Assembly (NCBI GenBank): GCA_965243625.1
Contig: CBDEVI010000002.1
Span: forward strand, 1,839,751 to 1,903,750
Direction: 5' to 3'
Length of the DNA: 64,000 bases
Origin: Chloroflexota bacterium
GTDB taxonomy: Bacteria; Chloroflexota; UBA11872
The notes below the pieces were generated by a model. The model was not told the origin of the DNA. It ran no database searches and was given only the letters and a program-made list of their open reading frames with translations. Made by a program: the position numbers and the translations under genes. Positions 1 through 9,039 of this stretch are shown in pieces. Positions within the stretch are counted from its first letter, which is position 1; each line of letters starts with the position of its first letter.

Positions 1-264
1 CAGCAGCAACGCGTGGCGATTGCGCGCGCCCTGGTGGGCAACCCCAGCATGGTGCTGGCCGACGAGCCGACCGGAAATCTCGACACGGCCACGGCCAACG
101 AGATCATAGAGCTGCTCGTCCTCCTGAATGAGGAGCGCCGCATCACCACGCTGATCGTGACGCACGAGGCCGATGTGGCGGCGCGCACGCAGCGCGTGAT
201 TCGCATGGTGGACGGAACAGTCGCCGCCGATGACCTCACCGCTCGGGCGGAGAGCGGCGAATGA
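1..264 (+). CDS. ABC transporter ATP-binding protein, MacB/LolD-like; C-terminal part, 5' end outside the window
   Basis: Translation carries the ABC signature/Walker B/H-loop region (QQQRVAIARAL...LADEPTGNLD...IVTHE). The reading frame is open to the window start. Its TGA overlaps the ATG of the downstream permease (ATGA). Confidence 0.85.
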   Translation, partial: QQQRVAIARALVGNPSMVLADEPTGNLDTATANEIIELLVLLNEERRITTLIVTHEADVAARTQRVIRMVDGTVAADDLTARAESGE

Positions 265-1511
265 GCCTCGCGGACGGCGTGCGCCTGGCGCTGCGGGCGC
301 TGGCCGCCAACAAGCTGCGCACCAGCCTGACGGTGCTGGGCATGGTGATCGGGGTGGCGGCGGTGATCGCGCTCATGTCGCTGGGCGCCGGCGCGCAGGC
401 GTCCATTGAGGCGAACATCCGCGGCACGGGTTCCAACCTGCTCTTCATCAGCCCCGGCGTGCAGTCGGCGACCGGCGGCCGGTTCGTGGACGTGAGCGCC
501 ACGTCGCCGACGCTCACCTTCGAGGACGCCGAGGCCATTCGCGACGCGGCCATTCCGGGCATCGTGGACATCGCCCCCACGCGCAACACAAACGCCTCGC
601 TGGTGGCGGGCGGCAACGCGTTCTCGACGCAGATCATCGGCGTGACGCCCAGCTATGCCGAGGTGCGCACCTTCCAGCCGCAGGCCGGTCGCTTCATCAC
701 CGAGGATGACCTGAGTCGACGCGCCCGCGTGATCGCCCTGGGGCAGACGATTGCCACCGAGCTGTTCCCGGGGCAGAACCCCATCGGCGCGACGGTGCGG
801 CTCAACAACCAGACGTTCACCGTGATCGCCGTGATGGAGGAGTCGGGCCAGGCGACGTTCCAGAGCCGCGACAACCAGGCGCTGGTGCCGCTGACCACTC
901 TGCAGACGCGCATCAGCCCGTCGCGCACGCTGGCCGGCGACGACATCGTGTCCGAAATCAGCGTGACGCTCGCGGACGAAGACGAGGCGACGATCGAGGC
1001 GGTCACCAACGAGGTCAGCGCGCTGCTGCGGCTGCGGCACGACGTGACCGAGGACGACTTCACCATCCGCACGCAGCAGGACATCATCGAGGCGCTGGGC
1101 GAAGTGACGGGCACACTGACGCTGTTCCTGGGCGCGATTGCCGGCATTTCGCTGCTGGTCGGCGGCATCGGCATCATGAACATCATGCTGGTGTCCGTGA
1201 CCGAGCGAACGCGCGAGATCGGCATCCGCAAGGCCATCGGCGCGCGCCGCCGGGACATCCTGGTGCAGTTCCTGATCGAGGCCGTGCTGGTCAGCCTGGG
1301 CGGCGGGATCGCGGGCGCGGTCATCGGCGGCCTGCTGGCGACGTACATGGGCGGCGTGAGCTTTGGCGGCCGGGCCCTGGAGGGCCACCTGACGCCCGAG
1401 CCGGTGATCCTGGCGCTGGCCGTGTCGGTGGCCATCGGCCTGGTGTTCGGCATCTACCCCGCCAATCGCGCGGCGAGGCTGCGGCCGATCGAGGCGCTGC
1501 GGTACGAGTAG
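261..1511 (+). CDS. ABC transporter permease, MacB/FtsX family (N-terminal TM, periplasmic MacB domain, C-terminal FtsX 4-TM bundle)
   Basis: 416 aa. The N-terminus 'LRALAANKLRTSLTVLGMVIGVAAVIALMSLG' and C-terminal region '...GIMNIMLVSVTERTREIGIRKAIGARRRDIL...' are typical of MacB-type permeases. It is translationally coupled to the upstream ATPase. Confidence 0.85.
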   Translation: MSLADGVRLALRALAANKLRTSLTVLGMVIGVAAVIALMSLGAGAQASIEANIRGTGSNLLFISPGVQSATGGRFVDVSATSPTLTFEDAEAIRDAAIPGIVDIAPTRNTNASLVAGGNAFSTQIIGVTPSYAEVRTFQPQAGRFITEDDLSRRARVIALGQTIATELFPGQNPIGATVRLNNQTFTVIAVMEESGQATFQSRDNQALVPLTTLQTRISPSRTLAGDDIVSEISVTLADEDEATIEAVTNEVSALLRLRHDVTEDDFTIRTQQDIIEALGEVTGTLTLFLGAIAGISLLVGGIGIMNIMLVSVTERTREIGIRKAIGARRRDILVQFLIEAVLVSLGGGIAGAVIGGLLATYMGGVSFGGRALEGHLTPEPVILALAVSVAIGLVFGIYPANRAARLRPIEALRYE

Positions 1512-1616
1512 GGCGGCGCCGGACTCCCGGGAAGTGGTAACGCCGGCCGGCACGGCAGCGGGGATACGCATGCGGGTGAGGTGATCGGCAGCATCCTCGA
1601 TTCGTCGGTGGGCAAG

Positions 1617-1795
1617 CGGGGATGGATTCCCGCCTCCAGAGACCTTTCCGTAACCCCTTCGTCATTCCGGCGGAGGCCGGAATCCAGTTCGGTCGAATCT
1701 GGAGGCGCACCGGAAGCTTGGCGCCGGGCGGGTCTGAGACCCGCCCCTACCGAATTTTGCAACGTCTCCCTCCGCCGGAATGACGGAATCAAATT
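1617..1795. repeat. Composite dispersed palindromic repeat (MITE/REP-like): hairpin GTCATTCCGGCGGAGGCCGGAATCCAG (1661-1687), hairpin GGGCGGGTCTGAGACCCGCCC (1726-1746) and a partial inverted copy CCGCCGGAATGACGG (1772-1786)
   Basis: Direct reading finds the same modules at ~8.9, 17.0, 35.5, 50.8, 56.8, 60.4 and 62.5 kb. Short ORFs over this span (e.g. 1581..1847, 1454..1792) translate the characteristic 'IPASAGMT'-type peptides and are artefacts. Confidence 0.6.
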
Positions 1796-1821
1796 GGTCC
1801 ACGACCGCTTGGGTGCCCTAT

Positions 1822-1842
1822 CTCTGTTCGGTTTTTGTTTGG
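1822..1842 (+). promoter_or_regulatory. Candidate SOS/LexA operator (GTTC-N7-GTTT direct-repeat-like) next to a TATAGT -10-like hexamer, upstream of imuA
   Basis: 'tctGTTCggtttttGTTTggTATAGTg' lies ~30-50 nt upstream of the imuA reading frame. It has one mismatch to the GTTC-N7-GTTC LexA box of some lineages. The appropriate LexA motif for this organism is unknown. Confidence 0.2.
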
Positions 1843-1876
1843 TATAGTGGCGTCCCGTCCTACCTAGGGCTTCCCA

Positions 1877-2713
1877 CTGCCTCTACCCGACCGCGAGCGT
1901 CCCGCCGCGCTGCGGCGCGCGGTCCGCGACATCGAGCAGCGCCTGGGGCTGCACGCCGCCGGCCGACTGTTCGGCGTCAATCCGCCGGAGGCCGGCTTTG
2001 CCACCGGCATCCCCGTGCTGGATCAGGCCACCGGCTTTGCGGGGATCCCTCGGGGCCGCGTGAGCGAGCTCACCGGCCCGCGCGGCGGCGGCGCACTGGC
2101 GCTGGGACTGCGCACCCTGGCCGCTGCGCTCGATCAGGGCGGGTTGGCGGCCTACGTCGATCTGCCCGGCACGTTCGCTCCCACCGCGGGCGCGGCCCTG
2201 AGCCTGGATCTGTCGCGCCTGGTGGTGGTGCGCCCGCCGGACGCCGACGCGGCGTTGCAGGCGACGGCCACGCTGCTGCGCAGCAACGCCTTCGAGGCTC
2301 TTCTGCTGGACCTGGAGGCCACCCGGCCGCCCGTCAACCGCTGGTCGCACCTGGCCGACCTAGCGGGGCGCGGGGCGGCGGGGCTGGTGGTGGTGACGGC
2401 GTCCGGCGGGCGGCGCGTCACCGGGCTGCCCTACCTGGCATCCCTGCGCCTCGGCGTGGCCTGCCGCGGCTGGCGCTGGCAGCGCAGCCGTCTGACCCAG
2501 GCGCCGGTCGGGCTGACGCTGGAGGTCCGGGTGCTGAAGTCGCGCAGCGGCACGGGCGCGCGGCGCCTCGTCATCGACTGTCCGTTTCTCAGGAGGTCCG
2601 GTGGACCGCAAGACGCTTTGCCTCTGGATGCCGCGCTTCCGCACCACGGTGGAAGCGCAGACGCACCCGGAGTGGTCGGCGCAGCCGCTGGCGATCTACG
2701 CGCGGCAAGCTAG
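1877..2713 (+). CDS. imuA: ImuA (RecA-fold SOS mutagenesis protein; cell-division-inhibitor SulA-like family)
   Basis: Frame-2 translation 'RALRRAVRDIEQRLGLHAAGRLFGVNPPEAGFATGIPVLDQATGFAGIPRGRVSELTGPRGGGALALGLRTLAAAL...' matches the ImuA N-terminus/RecA-like core. It sits directly upstream of imuB and dnaE2. The frame opens after the TAG at 1865-1867, but there is no ATG/GTG/TTG before the GTG at 2015; the only options are CTG at 1877 or 1910. The true start is therefore uncertain, and the track ORF starts at 2015. Confidence 0.65.
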   Translation: MPLPDRERPAALRRAVRDIEQRLGLHAAGRLFGVNPPEAGFATGIPVLDQATGFAGIPRGRVSELTGPRGGGALALGLRTLAAALDQGGLAAYVDLPGTFAPTAGAALSLDLSRLVVVRPPDADAALQATATLLRSNAFEALLLDLEATRPPVNRWSHLADLAGRGAAGLVVVTASGGRRVTGLPYLASLRLGVACRGWRWQRSRLTQAPVGLTLEVRVLKSRSGTGARRLVIDCPFLRRSGGPQDALPLDAALPHHGGSADAPGVVGAAAGDLRAAS

Positions 2714-4157
2714 CCAGCGGCGACTGATCGAGATTTCCGACGCCGCCCACGGCGCGGGGCTGCGGCTGGGAATGGCGGTCAAGGAGGCGGCGCAGCGCTG
2801 CCCGCAGGGCGTCTTCGTGCCCGACGACCCGCCGCGATACACCCGCGCGTTCGCGGCGGTGCTTGACGTGCTGGACCGCTTCTCCCCGTTGGTGGAGGAC
2901 GCCGGCGTGGGGCTGGCATTTGCCGACGCGGCGGGCCTGGAGCCGCTCTACGGCCCCGACGCGGCGCTGGGCGCGCGGGTGCGCCGCGACGTCGCGGCGG
3001 CGACCGGACACGCGGCCCACATCGGGCTGGCGACGGGACGCCTGGCGGCGGAGATTGCGGCGCGCACGGCGGGCGTCGAAGGCGTCACCGTCGTCGCCAC
3101 CTCCGACCGGGCCTACCTGGCCGAGCAGCCCGTGGAACGGCTGCCGCTGGACGAGCGGACGCTGGCCACCTTGCAAACGCTGGGCATTGACACGATCGGC
3201 GCATTTGCCGTCTTGCCGGCCAACGCCGTGCGGACTCGCTATGGGGTCGAGGGCGCACAGGCCCGGCGGCTGGCCCGCGGCGAGGAGCTCAGACCCCTGC
3301 GCGGTCGGACGCGGCCGCTCGTGCTGCACGAGGCGGTCGACTTCGAGTGGGAGGAGCACAACGTCGACCGCCTGGCCTTCGCGCTGCAGGCCCTGGCGCA
3401 GCGCCTGGTCGCGCGGCTGGCCCAGCGGGGCCTGATGGCGCAGCAGGTCGGCGGCCGGATCGAGCGCGCGGACGGCACGGTGCAGCGGTTCGGGCTGCCG
3501 CTGCCCGAGCCGTCCGCCGCGGCCGCCACCTTTCGCGACGCGGCCCGCTGGCGCTTCGAAGCGTGGGCCGACACGGCCCAAGCCGGCGCGGTGATGCCGG
3601 AGATTTCATCCCACCAGCCCGGCGTGGTGCGCATGAGCCTGGACGTGCGGCACCTGGCGCCGGGCGCCGGCACGCAACGGTCGCTGCTGGGCAACCGGTC
3701 GGAGCGCATGGCGCGCGCCAACCACGCGATCAGCCGCCTGCGGGCGCAGTTGGGCGACGCCGCGCTGTTCCGCATGGCGCTCCGTCCCGACGCCTTCACG
3801 CTCGACACGGCCAGCCGCCGGCTTGACGCCTACGTCGAGCCAAGCCCCACACCTGACGCCTCCCCGCCCTCGGCGGCGTGGCTGACCGGCCTGGTAGGCG
3901 CGCGCGGGCTCACGCGGCTCTTCACCCCGCCCCGTCCGGTGCGCCTCGGCCAAGACAAGGACGCCCGCTGGGTGACGCTGGAAGGCACGACCAGGAAAGT
4001 CGTCGCCAGCTATGGGCCGCAGCGGGTGCAGACGGAGTGGTGGGCGGAACCCGTCGACCGGGACTATCTGCACGTGCAGTTGGACGACGGCCGCGGCCTG
4101 GTGCTCTACCGCGACCGCGCCCGGGGGCGTTGGTTTGCCCAGGGAGCGCTCGATTGA
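2601..4157 (+). CDS. imuB: ImuB (inactive Y-family DNA polymerase-like scaffold of the ImuA-ImuB-DnaE2 mutasome)
   Basis: 518 aa. N-terminus 'LCLWMPRF...PLAIYA' fits the ImuB pattern. A strong AGGAGG sits 11 nt upstream of the GTG at 2601. It overlaps the imuA 3' end by ~110 nt and ends with a TGA that overlaps the dnaE2 start. Confidence 0.8.
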   Translation: MDRKTLCLWMPRFRTTVEAQTHPEWSAQPLAIYARQASQRRLIEISDAAHGAGLRLGMAVKEAAQRCPQGVFVPDDPPRYTRAFAAVLDVLDRFSPLVEDAGVGLAFADAAGLEPLYGPDAALGARVRRDVAAATGHAAHIGLATGRLAAEIAARTAGVEGVTVVATSDRAYLAEQPVERLPLDERTLATLQTLGIDTIGAFAVLPANAVRTRYGVEGAQARRLARGEELRPLRGRTRPLVLHEAVDFEWEEHNVDRLAFALQALAQRLVARLAQRGLMAQQVGGRIERADGTVQRFGLPLPEPSAAAATFRDAARWRFEAWADTAQAGAVMPEISSHQPGVVRMSLDVRHLAPGAGTQRSLLGNRSERMARANHAISRLRAQLGDAALFRMALRPDAFTLDTASRRLDAYVEPSPTPDASPPSAAWLTGLVGARGLTRLFTPPRPVRLGQDKDARWVTLEGTTRKVVASYGPQRVQTEWWAEPVDRDYLHVQLDDGRGLVLYRDRARGRWFAQGALD

Positions 4158-7100
4158 CCCAGCCCGCCTACGCCGAGTTGCACGCGCACAGCAATTTCTC
4201 GTTCCTGGACGGCGCGTCGCATCCCGAGGAAATGGCGGCGCGCGCGGCCGAGCTTGGGTTGACGGCGCTGGCGATCACGGATCACGACGGGGTCTACGGC
4301 GCGGTGCGGTTCTCCCACGCGGCGCGCGAGCACGGCCTGCATCCCATCGTGGGCATGGAAGCCAGCATGTCCGGCGGCTGCCACCTCACCCTGCTGGCAC
4401 GCGATCGGGAGGGCTACGCCAACATCTGCCGGATGGCCACGGCGGCGCACCGCGACCGGCCCAAGGGGACGGCGGAGCTGGACCTCGACACCCTGGCGCG
4501 GCACACGCGCGGGTTGGTTGGCCTGTCGGGTTGCCTGCGGGGCGCGATTCCAACCGCGGCGCTGCGCGGTGAGGAGCGCGAGGCCGTCGAGCTGGCGGGG
4601 ACCTATGCCGAGCTGTTCGAGCCCGGCGGCTTCTTCCTCGAGCTCCAGGACCATCGTCTCGAGGCGGAGCACCTGGCCAACGCCGGACTGCTCGAGGTCG
4701 CGCGGCGCACCGGCCTGCCGCTGGTAGCCACCAACAACGTCCACTACCACGACCGATCCCGTGCGCGACTGCAGGACGTGCTGGTTTGCATCAAGCACAC
4801 CGCCACGCTGGAAACGGCGGGGCGGCGGCTGCGGCCCAATCACGAGTTCGCGCTCAAGTCCGCCGATGAAATGGCGCGGCTCTTCGCCGGCGTCCCCGAG
4901 GCAATCAGCAACACCCTGCGCATCGCCGAGATGTGCGACTTCGACCTGAGCCGCAAGCTCGAATACGGCTTGCCCACGTTTCCCACGCCCGACGGCAAGT
5001 CGGAGTACGGCTACATGGAGCGCCTGGTCTGGGAGGGCGCGCGGCGGCGGTATCCCGACCTCGGCGAGACCGTGCGCGAGCGTGTGCGGCGGGAGCTGCG
5101 GTACGTCAAGGACCTGCGGCTGGCGGGCTATTTCCTCACCGTCCGCGACCTGGTGGACTTCTGCCACCGCCACGACATCCTGGTCAACACCCGCGGCTCG
5201 GCGCCCGGATCGATCCTCTGCTACGCCCTCGGCATCTCGATGGTCGACCCCATCGCCGCCGGGCTGATGTTCGAGCGGTTCATGTCGCCGGACCGGGACG
5301 AGCCGCCCGACATCGACCTGGACATCGAGCACCAGGAGCGCGAGCGGGTGATCCAGTACGTCTACCAGCGCCATGGCCGCCGCCGGGCGGCCATGGTGGC
5401 GAACGTCATCTGCTTTCGCGGGCGCTCGGCCATCCGCGACGTGGGCAAGGCGCTGGGTCTGCCGCAAGCCCAGGTGGACCGCCTGGCGCAGCGGCTGCAA
5501 TGGCATCCCAGCGTGGAGATGCCGCACCCGGACCAGGCGGGCGGCGACGTGCCGCGTGAGGTCTCCAATCGCGTGGGCCGCGATCTGCTGGAGCTGAGCC
5601 GGCAGATCGTGGACTTCCCCCGGCACCTGGGCATTCACACCGGGGGCATGATCATCGCCTCGCACCCGCTGGATGCGTCGGTGCCGATCGAGCCGGCGAC
5701 GATGGAGGGGCGCACCGTGGCGCAGTGGGACAAGGACGACTGCGCCGACGCCGGCCTGCTGAAGATCGACCTGCTGGGGCTGGGCATGCTGACGCTGATC
5801 CAGCGGGCGTTCCGGCTCATCGAACGGCGGCACGGCCGACGCCTGGCGCTGGCGGATTTCAGCTTCGACGACCCCGAGGTCTACGACGCGATCTGCGCGG
5901 CCGACACCATCGGCATGTTCCAGGTGGAAAGCCGCGCCCAGATGCACGTGCTGCCGCAGACCCGGCCGCGGTGCTTCTATGACCTGGTGGTGCAGGTGGC
6001 GATCATCCGGCCCGGGCCCATGACCACCAAGATGCACCGGCGGTGGATCCTGCGCCGCACCGGGCTGGAGGCGGACGATCCCGTGTGGCCCGGCCTGGCG
6101 ACGGTGCTGCAACGCACGCTGGGGCTGCCGATCTTCCAGGAGCAGTGCCTCCAGATCGCCATGGTCGCGGCCGGATTTTCGGCGACCAAGGCCGACGCGC
6201 TGCGGCGGGCGATGAGCCGCAAGCGCTCCCTGGCGCATATCCAGGCGCTGCAGGACGACCTGATGCAGGGCATGACCCGCAGCGGCATCCCCGCGGCGAC
6301 GGCGGAGCAGATCTATGCCCAGATCGAGGGCTATGCGGGCTATGGATTTCCCGAGGCGCATTCCTGTGCCTTCGCGCTGCTGGTGTACGTCTCGGCGTGG
6401 CTGAAGGTGCATCACCACGCGGAGTTCACTTGCGCGATCCTCAACAGCCAGCCGATGGGCTTCTACAGCCCGCACACGCTGGTGGGCGACGCCCAGCGGC
6501 ACGGGGTGACGGTGCGCCCGGTGGACATCCGGCACAGCCGCTTCGAGTGCACGGTGGAGCCGGACGGCGCGGTGCGAATGGGCTATCAGTACGTGGAGGG
6601 GCTCGGCGAGGCCCACCGCGAGCGCCTGGATGAGGCGTCGGCCCGCGGGCCGTATCGCTCCCTGGAAGACTTTTGCCGCCGGACGCGGTTGCCGATCAAC
6701 GTCCTGGAAGCGCTGGCCACGGCTGGGGCCTTTCGAGGCCTGGGGCTGAACCGGCGCGCGGCGCTCTGGCAGGTGCAGGCCCACGCGCCGGCGGCCCACG
6801 GCGGGGAGCTGCCGAACCTGGTGGCGGAGCTGGAGGAGCCGGTGGCGCTGCCGCCGGCCGACGAACTGGTGCAGGTGCGGATGGACTTCGCCGCCACCAG
6901 CCTCTCGACCCGCTGGCGCGGCTTGGAGTTCCTGCGGCCGGCCTTGGCGCACGCCGGCGTGCTGCGCGCCGCCGATCTGCTGGACCTGGCCGCCAAGCGG
7001 CGCGCAGGCTCGGATAGCGCAGCGACGGTCACGGCGCGGCGCGCGCGCATTCCCCGGGTCTCAATTCCGGCCGGCGTGCGCCCACCGATGCCGCGCGCAC

Positions 7101-7543
7101 GCCGCGGTCGAGGTCGATCGCTCCGCCAACCCACGGCGGGGCGCTATGGCGAGCGCGCCCGCCGCACCGGGAATCACTACGACGGCCAGAGCAGCGGGCG
7201 GCAGTTCCAGGGCCTGGGCGACAGCGGCGTTCCCGACGCCCTGCGGGAACAGGCTCGCACCGGAGTCATGGTCACCGTGGCCGGCATCGTGATCAACCGC
7301 CAGCACCCGCCCACCGCGCGCGGCTACACCTTCCTGTCGCTGGAGGATGAAACCGGGCTGGTGAACATCATCATTCGCCCGTCGGTCTTCACCCGCTACC
7401 AGCGCGCGATTTTGGATTCGCCGGTGATGCTGGTCTACGGCGAGATGCAGGACGAGCACGGGGCGGTGCAGGTGATGGCCCACACCTGCCACCCCGCCAC
7501 GAGCGACGGGCTGGGCGCACCGCCCTCGCGGGATTGGTCATGA
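4154..7543 (+). CDS. dnaE2: Error-prone DNA polymerase DnaE2 (PolIII alpha paralogue; PHP domain, polymerase core, C-terminal OB fold)
   Basis: 'AYAELHAHSNFSFLDGASHPEEMAARAAELGLTALAITDHDGVYGAVRF' is the PHP N-terminus of DnaE2. The product is ~1130 aa and ends in an OB-fold tail (VTVAGIVINRQHPPTARGYTFLSLEDETGLVNII). The likely start is TTG 4154, overlapping the imuB stop; the track ORF extends upstream to 3878 in the same frame. Confidence 0.9.
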   Translation: MTQPAYAELHAHSNFSFLDGASHPEEMAARAAELGLTALAITDHDGVYGAVRFSHAAREHGLHPIVGMEASMSGGCHLTLLARDREGYANICRMATAAHRDRPKGTAELDLDTLARHTRGLVGLSGCLRGAIPTAALRGEEREAVELAGTYAELFEPGGFFLELQDHRLEAEHLANAGLLEVARRTGLPLVATNNVHYHDRSRARLQDVLVCIKHTATLETAGRRLRPNHEFALKSADEMARLFAGVPEAISNTLRIAEMCDFDLSRKLEYGLPTFPTPDGKSEYGYMERLVWEGARRRYPDLGETVRERVRRELRYVKDLRLAGYFLTVRDLVDFCHRHDILVNTRGSAPGSILCYALGISMVDPIAAGLMFERFMSPDRDEPPDIDLDIEHQERERVIQYVYQRHGRRRAAMVANVICFRGRSAIRDVGKALGLPQAQVDRLAQRLQWHPSVEMPHPDQAGGDVPREVSNRVGRDLLELSRQIVDFPRHLGIHTGGMIIASHPLDASVPIEPATMEGRTVAQWDKDDCADAGLLKIDLLGLGMLTLIQRAFRLIERRHGRRLALADFSFDDPEVYDAICAADTIGMFQVESRAQMHVLPQTRPRCFYDLVVQVAIIRPGPMTTKMHRRWILRRTGLEADDPVWPGLATVLQRTLGLPIFQEQCLQIAMVAAGFSATKADALRRAMSRKRSLAHIQALQDDLMQGMTRSGIPAATAEQIYAQIEGYAGYGFPEAHSCAFALLVYVSAWLKVHHHAEFTCAILNSQPMGFYSPHTLVGDAQRHGVTVRPVDIRHSRFECTVEPDGAVRMGYQYVEGLGEAHRERLDEASARGPYRSLEDFCRRTRLPINVLEALATAGAFRGLGLNRRAALWQVQAHAPAAHGGELPNLVAELEEPVALPPADELVQVRMDFAATSLSTRWRGLEFLRPALAHAGVLRAADLLDLAAKRRAGSDSAATVTARRARIPRVSIPAGVRPPMPRARRGRGRSLRQPTAGRYGERARRTGNHYDGQSSGRQFQGLGDSGVPDALREQARTGVMVTVAGIVINRQHPPTARGYTFLSLEDETGLVNIIIRPSVFTRYQRAILDSPVMLVYGEMQDEHGAVQVMAHTCHPATSDGLGAPPSRDWS

Positions 7544-7561
7544 GCCGCCGGCACGATTCGC

Positions 7562-8725
7562 CTAGTGATGGTGATGATGGTGGCCGTGCCAGCCGCGGGC
7601 GACGGCGTCGATGACCTTGCCGCCCTTGACGACCTTGACGGGCACCAGGCGGCGCTCGCCGATTCGGGTTTGGCCGTGGGCGTCCTCGAAGGTGTGGGCG
7701 CCGATCTCTTCGCGGAACAGCGCGGCGTCGGCGTGGGCGCCGACGGCGAGGGTGCCGATCTGGCCTTGCATGCCGAGGATCTCGGCCGGGGTGACGGTGC
7801 AGCGGCGCAGGGCGTCGGGCAGGTCCAGACCCAGGTGCAGGAACTTGCTGAGGGTGGTGGCGAGGTCGAAGACCGGACCGTCGAAGTTGTAGGCGTGCAG
7901 ATCGCTGCTGATGGTGCTCGGGACCAGGTCCTGCGCCATCGCCGACTCGGCCACGCTCCAGGAAAAGCTGCCCTGGCCGTGCCCCACGTCGAGATGAACG
8001 CCGCGACTCACAGCGGCGCGGACCGAGGCGCGCACGCGGCCGTCGTCGTCCAGGATGCCCTCATCCAAGCCGTGATAGCAGTGGGTGAGCAGGTCGCCGG
8101 CCTTCATCTCGCGGAGGATGTCGTCCAGGGTGCAGACGGGGGCGTTGGGGTGAATCATGATCGGCAGCCCCACGGCGTCCGCCGCCTCGCGGGCGCGGTG
8201 CAGCGCCGGCAGCGCGTTGTTTCCGGCCAGGTTTTCGCTGATCCGGGCCTTGACGCCGACGATCACGTCGCTATGCCGCTCGCAGACCTCGATGGCTTTC
8301 TTCGGGTCGATGAGCCGGATGTCCTCGAGCTCGCCCACGACCGGCGAGACCATGCCGGTCGTCGAGATGTTGAGACAGGCCTTGAGACGCGTTTCGGAGA
8401 CCTCGATCACGTAGCGTCTGAGCCCCTCGAAGGTGTCGGCGCCTGCCGATCCGGCGTCGATGGCCGTGGTGACGCCGCTGGGCAGGACGTAGGTGTCGGC
8501 GTCGACGCCGTAGTGGCTCACGCCGTCGTAGACGTGCACGTGGACGTCGACGAGGCCCGGCGTGACGAGCAGACCGGAGGCATCGAGGACGTGGTGCGCC
8601 TGCGCGGGGTCGATGCGCTCGGCGACGGCACGCACACGGCCGCCCGCGATCGCCACGTCGCGGCGGTGGTTGAGGTCCTGCGCGGGGTCGACGACGGTGC
8701 CGCCGGATATCAGGAGGTCGTACAT
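7562..8725 (-). CDS. Metal-dependent amidohydrolase (dihydroorotase/D-aminoacylase-like superfamily) with a native C-terminal HGHHHHHH tail
   Basis: 387 aa. It has the amidohydrolase hallmarks: 'GLVDVHVHV' (HxH metal site), later His/Asp motifs and 'GGKV' near the C-terminus. The last codons CAC CAT CAC CAT CAT CAC CAT are read directly (…GWHGHHHHHH*). Confidence 0.8.
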   Translation of the reverse strand: MYDLLISGGTVVDPAQDLNHRRDVAIAGGRVRAVAERIDPAQAHHVLDASGLLVTPGLVDVHVHVYDGVSHYGVDADTYVLPSGVTTAIDAGSAGADTFEGLRRYVIEVSETRLKACLNISTTGMVSPVVGELEDIRLIDPKKAIEVCERHSDVIVGVKARISENLAGNNALPALHRAREAADAVGLPIMIHPNAPVCTLDDILREMKAGDLLTHCYHGLDEGILDDDGRVRASVRAAVSRGVHLDVGHGQGSFSWSVAESAMAQDLVPSTISSDLHAYNFDGPVFDLATTLSKFLHLGLDLPDALRRCTVTPAEILGMQGQIGTLAVGAHADAALFREEIGAHTFEDAHGQTRIGERRLVPVKVVKGGKVIDAVARGWHGHHHHHH

Positions 8726-8820
8726 CGGCAGGTCCTCCGCTGACGGGAGACGCCATGGTAGCGGTCGCGCCGGGGAAGGCGTTCCGCCAGTTGGTCGACA
8801 TGCCGCGTTCGAGGACTTCG

Positions 8821-8880
8821 GATCGCCCTCACCCCGGCCCTCTCCCCAACGAGACCTCTGCGAGCTTCGGTCGGACGAAG
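8821..8880. repeat. Short dispersed repeat of the 'PSPxPSPxxGEG'-peptide family
   Basis: 'gatcgccctcaccccggccctctccccaacgagacctctgcgagcttcggtcgg' is a Pro/Ser-rich repeat motif seen in intergenic DNA of several high-GC phyla. It is a single copy here and the call is weak. Confidence 0.3.
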
Positions 8881-8902
8881 GATGGTCCGAGGAATCTCGC
8901 CA

Positions 8903-8965
8903 GCCCCCAGGTTCAGTGAAGGGTGGATTCCCGCCTTCGCGGGAATGACGGAGGCGTTGCGTCAG
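8903..8965. repeat. Palindromic MITE/REP-like repeat copy (…aggttcaGtgaagGGTGGATTCCCGCCTTCGCGGGAATGACGGAGG…)
   Basis: Same core as the copies at 35.5, 50.8 and 56.8 kb. The ORF 8882..9124 translating 'WIPAFAGMTEALRQGF' is an artefact of it. Confidence 0.6.
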
Positions 8966-9039
8966 GGATTCGATGGGCGGCCTTGCGCCATTCTGGCGTG
9001 TACCCTCGGGAACCGAATCACTGACAGAGAGAAACGCTC

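Noticed and set aside
1454-1847. Short ORFs translating 'IPASAGMT', 'WIPAFAGMT', 'VIPAKAGIQ' and 'VDSRPVSSTGQALRGNDG' peptides (also at 8882..9124, 16944..17249, 50728..50934 and the first part of 56804..57415)
   Set aside because: They coincide exactly with the dispersed palindromic repeats and recur in both orientations. They are repeat-derived, not genes.
1780-2727. 315-aa plus-strand ORF overlapping imuA in another frame
   Set aside because: Its translation is Arg/Gly/Pro-rich junk, whereas the frame-2 translation gives clear ImuA homology. Its ATG lies inside the MITE-like repeat.
4106-6952. 948-aa ORF on the minus strand
   Set aside because: It is fully antisense to dnaE2, Arg/Gly/Pro-rich and lacks a recognisable domain. 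Long open antisense frames are expected at ~70 % GC. The sense-strand DnaE2 homology is unambiguous.
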